From assembly GCA_039931675.1 (NCBI GenBank), contig JBDTRM010000023.1, forward strand, positions 16,006-80,005: DNA of 64,000 nucleotides, in the 5' to 3' direction. Shown here piece by piece: positions 1-9,521 of this stretch (position 1 is the first letter of the stretch; the number at the start of each line of letters is the position of its first letter). The position numbers and the translations under genes are program-made. The notes under the pieces are model-generated. The model saw nothing but the letters and a program-made list of their open reading frames with translations. It did no database searches and was not told the origin of the DNA. The stretch is from Bacteroidia bacterium (GTDB lineage: Bacteria > Bacteroidota > Bacteroidia > AKYH767-A > OLB10).

Positions 1-239
1 CAAATGATGTAGGTTTACATTATTAATAACAATTACAATTTTATTGCTATCAGCTAAACACATATACCGTAAAGTAATTTCTTACTGCCGTACAATCAGT
101 TTGCGTTGGTATTGCATGCCTGCTAACCGATCATTACAACGTTTAAGCAAAAAATTTAATTATAATGGCATTGTTAACCACTAAAAATAATAAGATTATA
201 ACAATTACGCATACGATTAATTACAACCAATAAACTTCA

Positions 240-1286
240 ATGAAAAATTTCTTCTTAACTCTTGCTTTAGCTTGTTTTGTTATTCAAATTTCACAAGCCA
301 CTATTCGCACTGTATGTAGCATGCCTTACTCACCGGGGCAGTACACCACCTTTGCTGCTGCACATGCTGCTGCCGCTATTAACGATACCATCTATGTGCA
401 TGGCTCATCGCTTAACTATGGCGCTGTAACTATCAGCAAAACCGGCATTGTGGTAATAGGTGCAGGGCATAACCCTGTAAAGCAAGCGCCATTGCCGTCT
501 TCATTTACATCCATTACAGTAACCAGCGGTATTAATAACTGCCAGTTTATAGGGTTAACCATGCAAAATTTATTCTTAGGCAATTCAACCAGCACGGTGG
601 TAAAACGATGCAAGTTTACGGAGTTGGTAGGAAGTGGTTTAGGTATTTCATGTTCTGGTCCTACTAACAATTTATTAGTAGAAGGAAATGTTTTTAATCA
701 ATGGACAGGTGCCGGTTTTTTAAATATCAATTTTGGAGGTAATACCTGTAGCAACACCATACTTCGAAACAATGTGTTTAGCGGCATGATTATAAGTAAT
801 AGCCCATCCACCTCTCCCCTCACTTTTTTTATAACCAATAATATTTTTCTTGGAGTGGTAAATCCTGTATTTAACAGCATTATAAACGCAACTATTAATA
901 ATAATATATTTTATCGTTCCTGTCCGCAGGGCGCGGTCACAGGCTGCATTATGAATAATAACATCAGCTTTCAATGTGCCAGTAATACTTTTTCTGCACC
1001 GGGTGCAAATAATTTAGTTGGTGTAAATCCGCAGTTTGTAAATTTCCCGTTGGCAGGCGCTTATTTTGATTATAATCATGATTATGCGCTTGCTGCCGGT
1101 TCACCGGGATTGCTTACAAGCGATGACGGAACCGACCGCGGGGTATATGGCGGCTTCGGTTATAAATTTAATATGACGGGTGAACCTGCAATGGCTGAGA
1201 TTACTTTATTCTCTATTACCTCGCCAACAATTATAGCACCGGGCGGCACACTGGATATTACAGTTACCTCTAAGCGGGTTAAGTAA
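240..1286 (+). CDS. secreted protein with parallel beta-helix (PbH1-like) repeats, function unknown
   Basis: 348-aa ORF. Signal peptide MKNFFLTLALACFVIQISQA. Recurrent N-N-x-(I/V)-F motifs (RNNVFSGM, TNNIFLGV, NNNIFYRS) spaced as in a right-handed beta-helix. Confidence 0.5.
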   Translation: MKNFFLTLALACFVIQISQATIRTVCSMPYSPGQYTTFAAAHAAAAINDTIYVHGSSLNYGAVTISKTGIVVIGAGHNPVKQAPLPSSFTSITVTSGINNCQFIGLTMQNLFLGNSTSTVVKRCKFTELVGSGLGISCSGPTNNLLVEGNVFNQWTGAGFLNINFGGNTCSNTILRNNVFSGMIISNSPSTSPLTFFITNNIFLGVVNPVFNSIINATINNNIFYRSCPQGAVTGCIMNNNISFQCASNTFSAPGANNLVGVNPQFVNFPLAGAYFDYNHDYALAAGSPGLLTSDDGTDRGVYGGFGYKFNMTGEPAMAEITLFSITSPTIIAPGGTLDITVTSKRVK

Positions 1287-1321
1287 AAAATGCGCTTTGC
1301 TCATACCACAACATTGCCGGC

Positions 1322-2827
1322 ATGAAATATTTTAATGAGAAAATGAATTTTTTTTTTCGCAGGTTGCTCAGGCAATCAGCAAGCCTTATGCTATGCTGTT
1401 TGTTTTATTCCGTTGCAGGTGCACAGCAGATTACTGCAATGGAATATTTTTTTGACAACGACCCGGGCACAGGCAATGCCACACAAATAATAATTCCATC
1501 TCCTGCCGACACCATTACTAAAACTGCAACAATTAATACTACAGGATTGCAGGGCGGTAATCATGTACTCTTCGTCAGAACAAAATTAGCTAATGGTTTT
1601 TGGTCGCTTTATGAACCACGCGAATTTTTTATCAAACCAAACATTATTGGTGCCGAATATTTTTTTGATAGCGACCCCGGTGTTGGTAATGGAATTTCAT
1701 TTGCTGTAACTCCGGCATTTGACCTCGCTACTTTTATTTCAACTATAAATACCACAGGATTGCCAGGCGGCAATCACACTGTTTTTATTCGTACAAAAGA
1801 TGAAACGGGTAAGTGGTCGTTATACCAGCCACGCGAATTTTTTATCAAACCAAACATTATTGCTGCCGAATATTTTTTTGATACCGACCCCGGTGTTGGT
1901 AATGGAATTTCAATTTCGATAGCCCCTGCATTTGAACCCGCTACTTTTATTTCAACTATAAATACAGCAGGATTGCCGGGTGGTAATCATATTGTTTTTA
2001 TTCGTACAAAAGATGAGTCAGGTAAGTGGTCACTTTATCAACCGCGTGAATTTTATATCAAAACAAATATTATAGCTGCCGAATATTTTATTGATACTGA
2101 CCCCGGAGTGGGTAATGCAATTCCTTTAGTAATCAACACACTTAGCGATACGGTAAGCATTGACTCTACCATTACCACAGGCTTGCTGCCTTATGGCACG
2201 CATTATATTTTTGTAAGGACCAAAGATGCGCGCAATGTTTGGTCACTTTACGAACCTCATGAATTTACAGTAACTGACCCGCTACCGGTTGAGTGGTTAA
2301 GTTTTAACGCTGAGCGAAAAAATACCGATGCGCTGCTCACATGGGTTACAGGGTCTGAGAAAAATTGTCTCAGGTTTGATGTGGAAAGAATGATACCTGA
2401 AAATGGAACTGCGTTTTATAAAATTGGTGAAGTGCCCGGAAATGGAAATGCATCAGCAATACATCAATATTATTTTACTGATAGCAATGTAAAATGCAAA
2501 GGCGCTTGTTATTATCGCATAAGGCAAATTGATTTGAATGGCAACTTTATTTTTTCAAAAATAGTTGCAGTTAATTTCGATAAGGAAAAAACATTCATCA
2601 AACTTTATCCCAATCCGTCATCACAATATTTTACGCTTGATGTAACTGGCGAAAGTGAAGATGTTTTGTCGGTGGAAATTATAAACAGCAACGGACAACT
2701 TGTATCATCTTATAGTAATCTTTCCTTTCCATACCGTTTCGGAAATGATTTGAAAGCCGGAACCTACTTTGTTGCGATTAAAAAACTCACAGAAACCTTA
2801 CGCTTTAAGATTGTCAAAACAAAATAA
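1322..2827 (+). CDS. T9SS type-A C-terminal sorting domain protein with four tandem ~74-aa repeats
   Basis: 501-aa ORF. Four tandem repeats 'AEYFFDxDPGVGNG..TINTTGLPGGNH.VFIRTKDE.GKWSLYQPREFFIKPNII'. C-terminus 'KLYPNPSSQYFTLDV...GTYFVAIKK..RFKIVKTK' fits the Por secretion tail pattern. Confidence 0.65.
   Translation: MKYFNEKMNFFFRRLLRQSASLMLCCLFYSVAGAQQITAMEYFFDNDPGTGNATQIIIPSPADTITKTATINTTGLQGGNHVLFVRTKLANGFWSLYEPREFFIKPNIIGAEYFFDSDPGVGNGISFAVTPAFDLATFISTINTTGLPGGNHTVFIRTKDETGKWSLYQPREFFIKPNIIAAEYFFDTDPGVGNGISISIAPAFEPATFISTINTAGLPGGNHIVFIRTKDESGKWSLYQPREFYIKTNIIAAEYFIDTDPGVGNAIPLVINTLSDTVSIDSTITTGLLPYGTHYIFVRTKDARNVWSLYEPHEFTVTDPLPVEWLSFNAERKNTDALLTWVTGSEKNCLRFDVERMIPENGTAFYKIGEVPGNGNASAIHQYYFTDSNVKCKGACYYRIRQIDLNGNFIFSKIVAVNFDKEKTFIKLYPNPSSQYFTLDVTGESEDVLSVEIINSNGQLVSSYSNLSFPYRFGNDLKAGTYFVAIKKLTETLRFKIVKTK
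1430..2285 (+). repeat. tandem in-frame coding repeat, period ~222 bp, 4 copies
   Basis: DNA-level repetition of 'gccgaatatttttttgata.cgaccccggtgttggtaatggaatttca...attcgtacaaaagatga..ggtaagtggtc'. Copies 2 and 3 are nearly identical. Confidence 0.8.
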
Positions 2828-2849
2828 GCATGTTAGTTTATCACAAACA

Positions 2850-2985
2850 GGCAAAGGACAAGTTACTATAAATGCAAACGAACCTGCACAATACCTATAC
2901 GCTTGAAGTTAGCGGTAAAAGTATTGACACCAGGCTGATGGTGCTCATAAAATAACAATCCAAACTTACTATCGTTATTAGGGCT
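2850..2985 (+). pseudogene. orphan remnant of a T9SS C-terminal sorting domain (frameshifted fragment)
   Basis: Two adjacent frames read '...GQVTINANEPAQYLYA*' and 'NTYTLEVSGKSIDTRLMVLIK*'. Together they resemble the last ~35 residues of a Por secretion tail (PNP..Y.l.v.g....t.k.vik). No start codon or upstream body. Confidence 0.3.
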
Positions 2986-3081
2986 GTTGAACAGAATGTG
3001 TAGCGGCCTTTTTTTTATAATTATTTCCTGCGCTTTGCCATTATCTGCAATTGAATATCTTTGTTATAAATAAATATTTAA

Positions 3082-3639
3082 ATGAAAATAAATCGCTCAT
3101 TAATAATTTTGCTGGCGCTCGGGTTAGTTATTGGTTTGACAGGCTGCAAAAAGGAAGAGAAGAATTATTATCCTGATTGCTTTTCAACATCAACCCAAAC
3201 ACCTGCTATTAACATAATAAGCTGCGGTAGCGTAATGCTGGTAAACATCAGCAAGCACCAGGCAATTTTAGCATCATTCAATGATAACAACATGCTATTA
3301 ACAACACAGTGCAAAACATTTGATGTTGCTTCCAATTTAAACAACTTAGAAATTTCTTACTATACTTATGATAATTATCCTGACAGTAATTATTTTACTA
3401 CCTGTGCCGGTATTGCCTTTATGCCTGGGACATACGGCACAAAAATTAAATGGAATGCCATAAGCGGGAACTTCACAATAGCTGTTTCAAAAGAAAAGAA
3501 AAACAGGGAAGACTGCGAAGCATACAAAGCATGTATTGAACTTCAAAATATCAGGTTCGTAAAAGAGAACTCAACCCAGGATACCATTTTAAATTCACTC
3601 GTAATTAAAAATGCTGTAGTAGGCACTTGTGTGATGTAA
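3082..3639 (+). CDS. lipoprotein, function unknown
   Basis: 185-aa ORF. Signal peptide with lipobox LTGC. Confidence 0.5.
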   Translation: MKINRSLIILLALGLVIGLTGCKKEEKNYYPDCFSTSTQTPAINIISCGSVMLVNISKHQAILASFNDNNMLLTTQCKTFDVASNLNNLEISYYTYDNYPDSNYFTTCAGIAFMPGTYGTKIKWNAISGNFTIAVSKEKKNREDCEAYKACIELQNIRFVKENSTQDTILNSLVIKNAVVGTCVM

Positions 3640-3893
3640 AGAAATAATGCAGCGCTCTGTCACTATACAGGCGTTGATACTAAGCTAATGGTATTGGTGA
3701 AATAAAACAGGATTTAGAATTTCAATAGTTAATTCATCATATAAAGCGGCTCAAAAACCCGGGCAGCCTTTTCAAAGTTTGTTTTCTGTCACGGAAAAGT
3801 GTTTTTATTTTATTTCTCTTTCCACGTTTATATTTATTGTTATTTAGCAGTTGCTTTAATCATGAAGCAAAGCATCCTAAATATATCCACATC

Positions 3894-5690
3894 ATGAAAA
3901 AAATTATTTACCTGCTTACGTTATGCACGGCCATTATTTTTTTAATCACAAGCAGTTGCAAAAAAAATAACACCGAAGGTGATGATATTGATCCGCCTAT
4001 TAATAATACTACAACCAGTAAGGCCACAATTGCAGGAATGGTTACCGATGACAACAACTATCCTGTAAATGGTGCATCAGTAACTGTTTCAGGAAAAACC
4101 ACCACTACCAACCAATACGGGATTTTTATGTTTGATAATGTTGATGTTGATCCCAACCGCACTATAATGCAATTTGAAAAAAGTGGGCTTATTAAACGAA
4201 TGCATGGTTTTAAACCTTTTGTGAATAAGGTGAACTATCTGAAGATAACCATGCTGCGAAAAATAAACACCTCCACGTTCAGCAGTTCTTCAAATGGAAA
4301 TGTGAGTTTACCCGATGGCTCAAATGTGCAATTCCAGGCAAATTCATTTTTGACTTCTACGGGCACCCCTTATTCAGGAAGCGTTTCTGTTGTTTTCAAA
4401 CACCTCTCGCCCGACAATCCTAACTTTGGTTTTTCTATTCCCGGTGGTGATTTGGCAGGAAAAAATAGTTCAGGTCAAGCAGTTACATTATATACTTACG
4501 GTATGCTTGATGTTATTTTAGAAGGAAGTGGTGGACAGGAATTGCAAATAGACAGCCTTAAACCGGCAGCTATAAAATTACCAATAGCAGCATCGCAGCT
4601 TGCTACAGCACCCGCCACAATTCCATTGTGGTATTTTGATGAAACCACTGCAAAATGGATTGAACAAGGCACAGCAACGAAAATCGGAAATAATTATATT
4701 GGAACTGTTAAGCATTTCAGTTGGTGGAATTATGATATAGGGGCAAGCAGTCCGCTTGTAAAGGGCAAGGTAGTGGATTGTGCAGGTAACCCAATGCCTA
4801 ATATTACAGTAACTTTTAACGGATGGGCTACAACTATCACCAATAGCAATGGTGAATACCAGGGACAAGTACCTTCAGGAATAACTATTACCGTACAGGT
4901 TCTTGTTTCTAACAATACTTTGATTACTGTTAACAGTCCTGTAATGAATGTGCCTCCGCTTTCTGCGAACCAAATTTATGTAGTGCCTGATATTACTGTT
5001 AATTGCGTTGGCAGAATAATGGGAACTTTAAAAGGATGCAATAACCAGCAAGTAAATGGACTTGTTATGTTAATGCAAAGCAATAATACAGTTACTTATC
5101 AGGTAACTAACAATTCAAATTTTAGTATAACCTGTGCTTCGAATACTCAATACAATCTGACTGCTTATCTGGCAGGAAATTTCCTTGTTGCTGCCACACA
5201 AATTGTAAATAGCCCTTCAAATCTAGATACGTTAAATGTTGGTAATATTTCTCTTTGTGGAACCACAGGAATCGTTGACAACTTTTTTGCATGCCGTTAT
5301 TTTATAGATGGTTATAATATGTTTCATATAACTCCGACACTTGCAACTGCTCAAATTGACAGTACTGCTCCTGTTTATATTACTATCGAAGGAATTAGCC
5401 CGCCCAATATACCCACCTATGTATATATTAGCATTTCAGATACAATTTTAGGCACCTACTTATGGGTCTCAGGTTCCAACCAGATAAATATTGAAGTGTT
5501 TGATAGCTTAGGTTTTGGAACTTATTTTGGCAGCAATTACCAAAACTGTTTTGGTTCTATTACTTTAACCGAATTAGGAGGTATTGGTGGAAAGGTTAAG
5601 GGGTTTTATAGTGGTGTTGCCGTCTGTCCAAATGCAGGTTTAGATACCGTTACCATTCAAGGTACCTTTAACGTCATAAGAACTTATTGA
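3894..5690 (+). CDS. lipoprotein with carboxypeptidase-regulatory-like (Ig/prealbumin-like) N-terminal domain, function unknown
   Basis: The ORF-track start at 3837 is probably wrong. The M at 3894 (MKKIIYLLTLCTAIIFLITSSC) gives a signal peptide plus lipobox. 'ATIAGMVTDDNNYPVNGASVTVSGKTTTTNQYGIFMF' resembles a CarboxypepD_reg-like domain. Confidence 0.5.
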   Translation: MKKIIYLLTLCTAIIFLITSSCKKNNTEGDDIDPPINNTTTSKATIAGMVTDDNNYPVNGASVTVSGKTTTTNQYGIFMFDNVDVDPNRTIMQFEKSGLIKRMHGFKPFVNKVNYLKITMLRKINTSTFSSSSNGNVSLPDGSNVQFQANSFLTSTGTPYSGSVSVVFKHLSPDNPNFGFSIPGGDLAGKNSSGQAVTLYTYGMLDVILEGSGGQELQIDSLKPAAIKLPIAASQLATAPATIPLWYFDETTAKWIEQGTATKIGNNYIGTVKHFSWWNYDIGASSPLVKGKVVDCAGNPMPNITVTFNGWATTITNSNGEYQGQVPSGITITVQVLVSNNTLITVNSPVMNVPPLSANQIYVVPDITVNCVGRIMGTLKGCNNQQVNGLVMLMQSNNTVTYQVTNNSNFSITCASNTQYNLTAYLAGNFLVAATQIVNSPSNLDTLNVGNISLCGTTGIVDNFFACRYFIDGYNMFHITPTLATAQIDSTAPVYITIEGISPPNIPTYVYISISDTILGTYLWVSGSNQINIEVFDSLGFGTYFGSNYQNCFGSITLTELGGIGGKVKGFYSGVAVCPNAGLDTVTIQGTFNVIRTY

Positions 5691-5853
5691 AAGGTAACTG
5701 CTAATTTTATCAAAGAGGTTGTTGCATAAAATGTGGCAACCTTTTTCATTTGTCTTTAATAAGACATAAAGCATATTTCATTTATCCATAAACTTGCACT
5801 CCACAATTAAAATCATAAAAGCCATTTATTGGCGTTATGATTGTCTAATCAAA

Positions 5854-6609
5854 ATGAAAGTGAAAAGTTTTTTAATCTCAATAACAATTATCCTTTTAAA
5901 TCAATCATGCTCTGCGCAAAGCAAACCTGTAGCAGAAAAATTTCAACCGTTTGCATTGGTTGAATTATTTACCTCAGAAGGTTGCAGCAGTTGCCCGCCT
6001 GCTGATGATTTATTGAAAAAATTAAAAACCGAAGCAACCAAGACCAATGCACAGGTATATTTTGTTGCCTATCACGTTGATTATTGGAATAAGTTAGGTT
6101 GGAAAGATCCGTTCAGTAAATATCAATTCACTTTAATCCAACAAAATTATTTAGGTGTTTTAGATGAAAAAGATATGTACACTCCGCAAATGATTGTTAA
6201 CGGCCAATACTCATTTACCGGCTCAAATGAAAGCAAAGCAAAAGACGCCATTGACCGTGCATTAAAATTTAATGCATTGGTGAATGTATCTGTTAGAAAA
6301 GATTCCCTTGCGAACGACACCTTATATGTAAGCTATCAATCATCGGTTGCCGAAAGTGATTTTTCAATAAAAGTACTTTTGCTGGAAAGTGATTTAAAGT
6401 CAACCGTAACTGCGGGAGAAAATAAAGGCAAAACACTTTTGCATGATAACGTTTGCCGCGCCTATCAATCCAAATCTTTGAGCAACAAAACAGGACAGGT
6501 TAAAATTTCTGTTAAGAATATTATATTTAATAAAAACTTTTCATTGGTTGCTTTTGTACAACAGAAAGGGAGTTTAAAAGTGCTCGGAATTTGTGCAGGC
6601 AAACTTTGA
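5854..6609 (+). CDS. DUF1223-family secreted thioredoxin-like protein
   Basis: 'FALVELFTSEGCSSCPPADDLL' followed by 'YHVDYWNKLGWKDPFS' matches the DUF1223 signature. Likely start is MKVKSFLISITIILLNQSCSAQ (signal peptide); the ORF-track start at 5794 is an upstream extension. Confidence 0.6.
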   Translation: MKVKSFLISITIILLNQSCSAQSKPVAEKFQPFALVELFTSEGCSSCPPADDLLKKLKTEATKTNAQVYFVAYHVDYWNKLGWKDPFSKYQFTLIQQNYLGVLDEKDMYTPQMIVNGQYSFTGSNESKAKDAIDRALKFNALVNVSVRKDSLANDTLYVSYQSSVAESDFSIKVLLLESDLKSTVTAGENKGKTLLHDNVCRAYQSKSLSNKTGQVKISVKNIIFNKNFSLVAFVQQKGSLKVLGICAGKL

Positions 6610-6725
6610 TCATTGTCTCATGATATTGAAATTTCACTTGAAGATCAAAATAATTTTCAACCTGATTAAAACAATACGGTAGGAAGTTTATAAAAGGCAT
6701 CTTTTTGCCAGGCTTAAGATTGAGG

Positions 6726-7637
6726 TTATTTTACCGTCTTCAATTTATTCATCCATTCCTTCTTCAATATCTCAAGTGATTTACCACTTAACTTTTCTAT
6801 AGTTTCATGTTCTTGTCCAAATGATGAAATGCCGGCCAGCAAAATTTTAATACCATAATTGTCAGCAATGTATTTTACAAAAGAAGAAGATCCATGATAA
6901 AAAGCAGGGGCATAATAGATTCTGTCATTTGAAAATAATTCAGGCATCACCCCTTTCGAACCAATGAATGACAAAATATATGAGCCTTTTTGCGACTTCA
7001 ATTCTTCTGCAAATAAAGTATCAATATTTGTCTGGTAATTATCTGAAAAAACGTCAAACCATGGTAGATTTTCTGATAATGAGACTTGAAGCGAAATGTA
7101 ATCGGGCAATCCTTCAAATAACCAAAGCGGCATTTTTTCTGACCATTCTTTTTCTGTTACATTATTACTATTCCAGCTTCCGGTTTTACTATACAACATT
7201 TCGTGTATAACTTCATGCAGCCAGGGTGCTTTTCCATCTTTAATACGCCAGAATGGGACTGATACAAAGCCATATCGGGAAGCATGTGATATGAACCTGT
7301 CTAATCGAAAATAAAATGTGTAAGGTTCATCAGGCCTATGCAACTGCCACGACAGGGGAGCATTTATAAATTTTTCTGCACCGCTGATTCCGATATTTAT
7401 CATGTCAGCAATCTCATTCATTCGCCTTGCTGAAAGAGAGTCTTTCGGAAACCAGCATATCACTTGGCGATCAGAAATTTTCACACCATTATTAACAAGA
7501 TAAGTAATGTTCAAACTGTCTCCGTCATTCAATAAAGGTACTTTTGAAAAATCAGGTACCTGGCTAAACAATGATTTTACTAATGAAATAAGTAAAGCGA
7601 TTGTTAAATAGAAATATTTAAACGTGAAATTTTCCAT
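6726..7637 (-). CDS. secreted hypothetical protein with HEXXH zinc-metallopeptidase-like motif
   Basis: 303-aa ORF. Signal peptide MENFTFKYFYLTIALLISLVKSLFSQ. 'WLHEVIHEMLY' carries an HExxH motif. No family recognised. Confidence 0.4.
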   Translation of the reverse strand: MENFTFKYFYLTIALLISLVKSLFSQVPDFSKVPLLNDGDSLNITYLVNNGVKISDRQVICWFPKDSLSARRMNEIADMINIGISGAEKFINAPLSWQLHRPDEPYTFYFRLDRFISHASRYGFVSVPFWRIKDGKAPWLHEVIHEMLYSKTGSWNSNNVTEKEWSEKMPLWLFEGLPDYISLQVSLSENLPWFDVFSDNYQTNIDTLFAEELKSQKGSYILSFIGSKGVMPELFSNDRIYYAPAFYHGSSSFVKYIADNYGIKILLAGISSFGQEHETIEKLSGKSLEILKKEWMNKLKTVK

Positions 7638-7717
7638 CTAAGCTTTGTATTAAATAGTAAACAAACATATCTGAAAAACTAATACTGGATTTCTTCCCGG
7701 AATATCGAATTGAAGAA

Positions 7718-8188
7718 TTAAACATTACCCAATTCACCCCAAACCAGCTCCGCCTCAAATCCTTTGGAAATTAAATGTTGCGCTATGCGATGATTTTTTT
7801 TCAAAGGATTTTTTTCTGTGATTTTTTTTTCTGCATCAGCAATTAATTTTTTAATCGTGTTGCGATAATCTCTTTCATTAATTTCTTTTAATGCTTTATT
7901 GATACAATAAACAGAAACTTTTTTCTGCTGCAACATTAATTTGATTTTGATTTTGCCCCACTGCTTCATCCTGAATTTTCCGCCAGCATAAGCAATTGCA
8001 AAACGCTCTTCATTGATAAAATTATCCTGGACTAATTTCGCAATTACTTTTTCTACATCATCATGATGCAGTTTTAATTTGTACAATTTATCGCGTACTT
8101 CCTGTTGACTACGTTCCTGGTAAGCACAATAAGCAGCAGCCTTGCGGTAAGTGCTGTCATCAATAAAGCCGAGTAAATCGTCAAGCAT
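7718..8188 (-). CDS. recX: recombination regulator RecX
   Basis: 'AAAYCAYQERSQQEVRDKLYKL...DDVEKVIAKLVQDNFINEERFAIAYAGGKFRMKQWGKIKIK' is RecX-like. The ORF-track N-terminal extension (to 8287) runs through a GC-rich palindromic element, so the start is more likely M at 8188 (MLDDLLGF). Confidence 0.7.
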   Translation of the reverse strand: MLDDLLGFIDDSTYRKAAAYCAYQERSQQEVRDKLYKLKLHHDDVEKVIAKLVQDNFINEERFAIAYAGGKFRMKQWGKIKIKLMLQQKKVSVYCINKALKEINERDYRNTIKKLIADAEKKITEKNPLKKNHRIAQHLISKGFEAELVWGELGNV

Positions 8189-8229
8189 GGTTGGGAATTT
8201 GGGAATTGAGGTAATTGCTTTGTCGAAAC

Positions 8230-8277
8230 TGTCCCGCGACCGTCCCCCTCTCCTTTGGAGAGGGGTTAGGGGTGAGG
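8230..8277. repeat. GC-rich REP-like hairpin element (copy 1)
   Basis: 'gtcccgcgaccgtccccctctcctttggagaggggttaggggtgagg'. Perfect 9-bp stem cccctctcc/ggagagggg in a 38% GC genome, sitting in the kbl-recX junction. Confidence 0.6.
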
Positions 8278-8283
8278 TTATTT

Positions 8284-9474
8284 TCAATTCTTAATTACAG
8301 AAAGCGTTTCCCCCACCTTCACAAAAGCATCCACACATTTATCAATATGATGTCTTTCATGCCCTGCGCTTATCTGAACACGAATGCGCGCATTGCCTTT
8401 TGCAACTACGGGATAGAAAAATCCTGTTACATAAATGCCCTCTTCTAAAAGTTGTGTTGCAAAATCCTGTGCAAGTTTTGCTTCATACAACATGATTGGA
8501 ACAATCGGGTGCTCGCCCGGCTTAATATCGAAACCTGCATCAGTCATGCGTTTGCGGAAGTACTGTGTATTGTCCCAAAGTTTATCGCGCAAAGCTGTTG
8601 TTTCACTCAGCATATCTAAAACTGCAATGGATGCACCCACAATAGCAGGCGCCAATGAATTGGAAAACAAATACGGACGCGAACGCTGACGCAGTAATTC
8701 TATAACCTCTTTTTTAGCAGAAGTAAATCCGCCAAGCGCACCTCCCAACGCTTTGCCAAGTGTTCCGGTAATGATATCAATGCGTCCCATCACGTTGCGG
8801 TACTCATGTGTGCCGCGCCCAGTCTTACCCATAAAGCCCGAAGCATGACATTCATCAATCATAACCAGCGCCTTATACTTATCAGCGAGGTCGCAAATCT
8901 TGTCTAACTGGGCAATAGTTCCATCCATGCTGAACACGCCATCGGTAACAATAATGCGGTGACGTAAATTTTGTGTCGCCTTCAACTGCTCTTCCAAATC
9001 ATCCATGTTATTATGCTTGTAACGCAAACGCTGCGCCTTGCATAAACGCACACCATCAATAATGGAAGCATGATTTAATTCATCGCTGATGATTGCATCC
9101 AGGTCATTAAACAGCGGTTCAAAAATTCCTCCGTTTGCATCAAAAGCTGCTGCATATAAAATGGTGTCTTCAGTACCGAGGAAGGTGGAAAGTTTTTGTT
9201 CTAACTCCTTATGTATATCCTGCGTGCCGCAAATAAAACGAACGCTGCTCATACCATAGCCATGCGTATCCATAGCGCGGTGAGCGGCTTCCAAAACTTT
9301 AGGATGTGATGAAAGCCCGAGATAATTGTTTGCACAAAAGTTTATCACCTGCTTGCCATTGGCAATAATATCAGCGCCCTGCGGAGAAGAAATAATGCGT
9401 TCTTTTTTATAAAGACCGGCTTCTGTTATTTCCTTTAATTCCTTTTCTAAAACGGGTTTGAGTGTGTCGTACAT
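8284..9474 (-). CDS. kbl: 2-amino-3-ketobutyrate CoA ligase (glycine C-acetyltransferase)
   Basis: 396 aa. '[14 protein letters not shown]', '[16 protein letters not shown]', '[16 protein letters not shown]', '[15 protein letters not shown]' form the alpha-oxoamine synthase/Kbl PLP signature. Confidence 0.85.
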   Translation of the reverse strand: MYDTLKPVLEKELKEITEAGLYKKERIISSPQGADIIANGKQVINFCANNYLGLSSHPKVLEAAHRAMDTHGYGMSSVRFICGTQDIHKELEQKLSTFLGTEDTILYAAAFDANGGIFEPLFNDLDAIISDELNHASIIDGVRLCKAQRLRYKHNNMDDLEEQLKATQNLRHRIIVTDGVFSMDGTIAQLDKICDLADKYKALVMIDECHASGFMGKTGRGTHEYRNVMGRIDIITGTLGKALGGALGGFTSAKKEVIELLRQRSRPYLFSNSLAPAIVGASIAVLDMLSETTALRDKLWDNTQYFRKRMTDAGFDIKPGEHPIVPIMLYEAKLAQDFATQLLEEGIYVTGFFYPVVAKGNARIRVQISAGHERHHIDKCVDAFVKVGETLSVIKN

Positions 9475-9521
9475 TTTGTTTGAAGTTTCCTATTAGCTAT
9501 TGTTTTTTGCTTGAATTATTT

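Noticed and set aside
416-974. Antisense and alternate-frame ORFs inside 240..1286 (416..670, 698..880, 720..974)
   Set aside because: They are fully embedded in a longer ORF with a signal peptide and repeat structure. Low-complexity translations; spurious.
4578-4915. Minus-strand ORFs inside the 3894..5690 lipoprotein gene
   Set aside because: Embedded antisense ORFs, Cys/Trp-rich, atypical composition; spurious.
7718-8287. Long form of recX starting at 8287
   Set aside because: The extra 33 codons are translated from the GC-rich palindromic repeat (RRGGRSRD...), which is more likely non-coding. A conserved RecX start (MLDDLL) is available at 8188.
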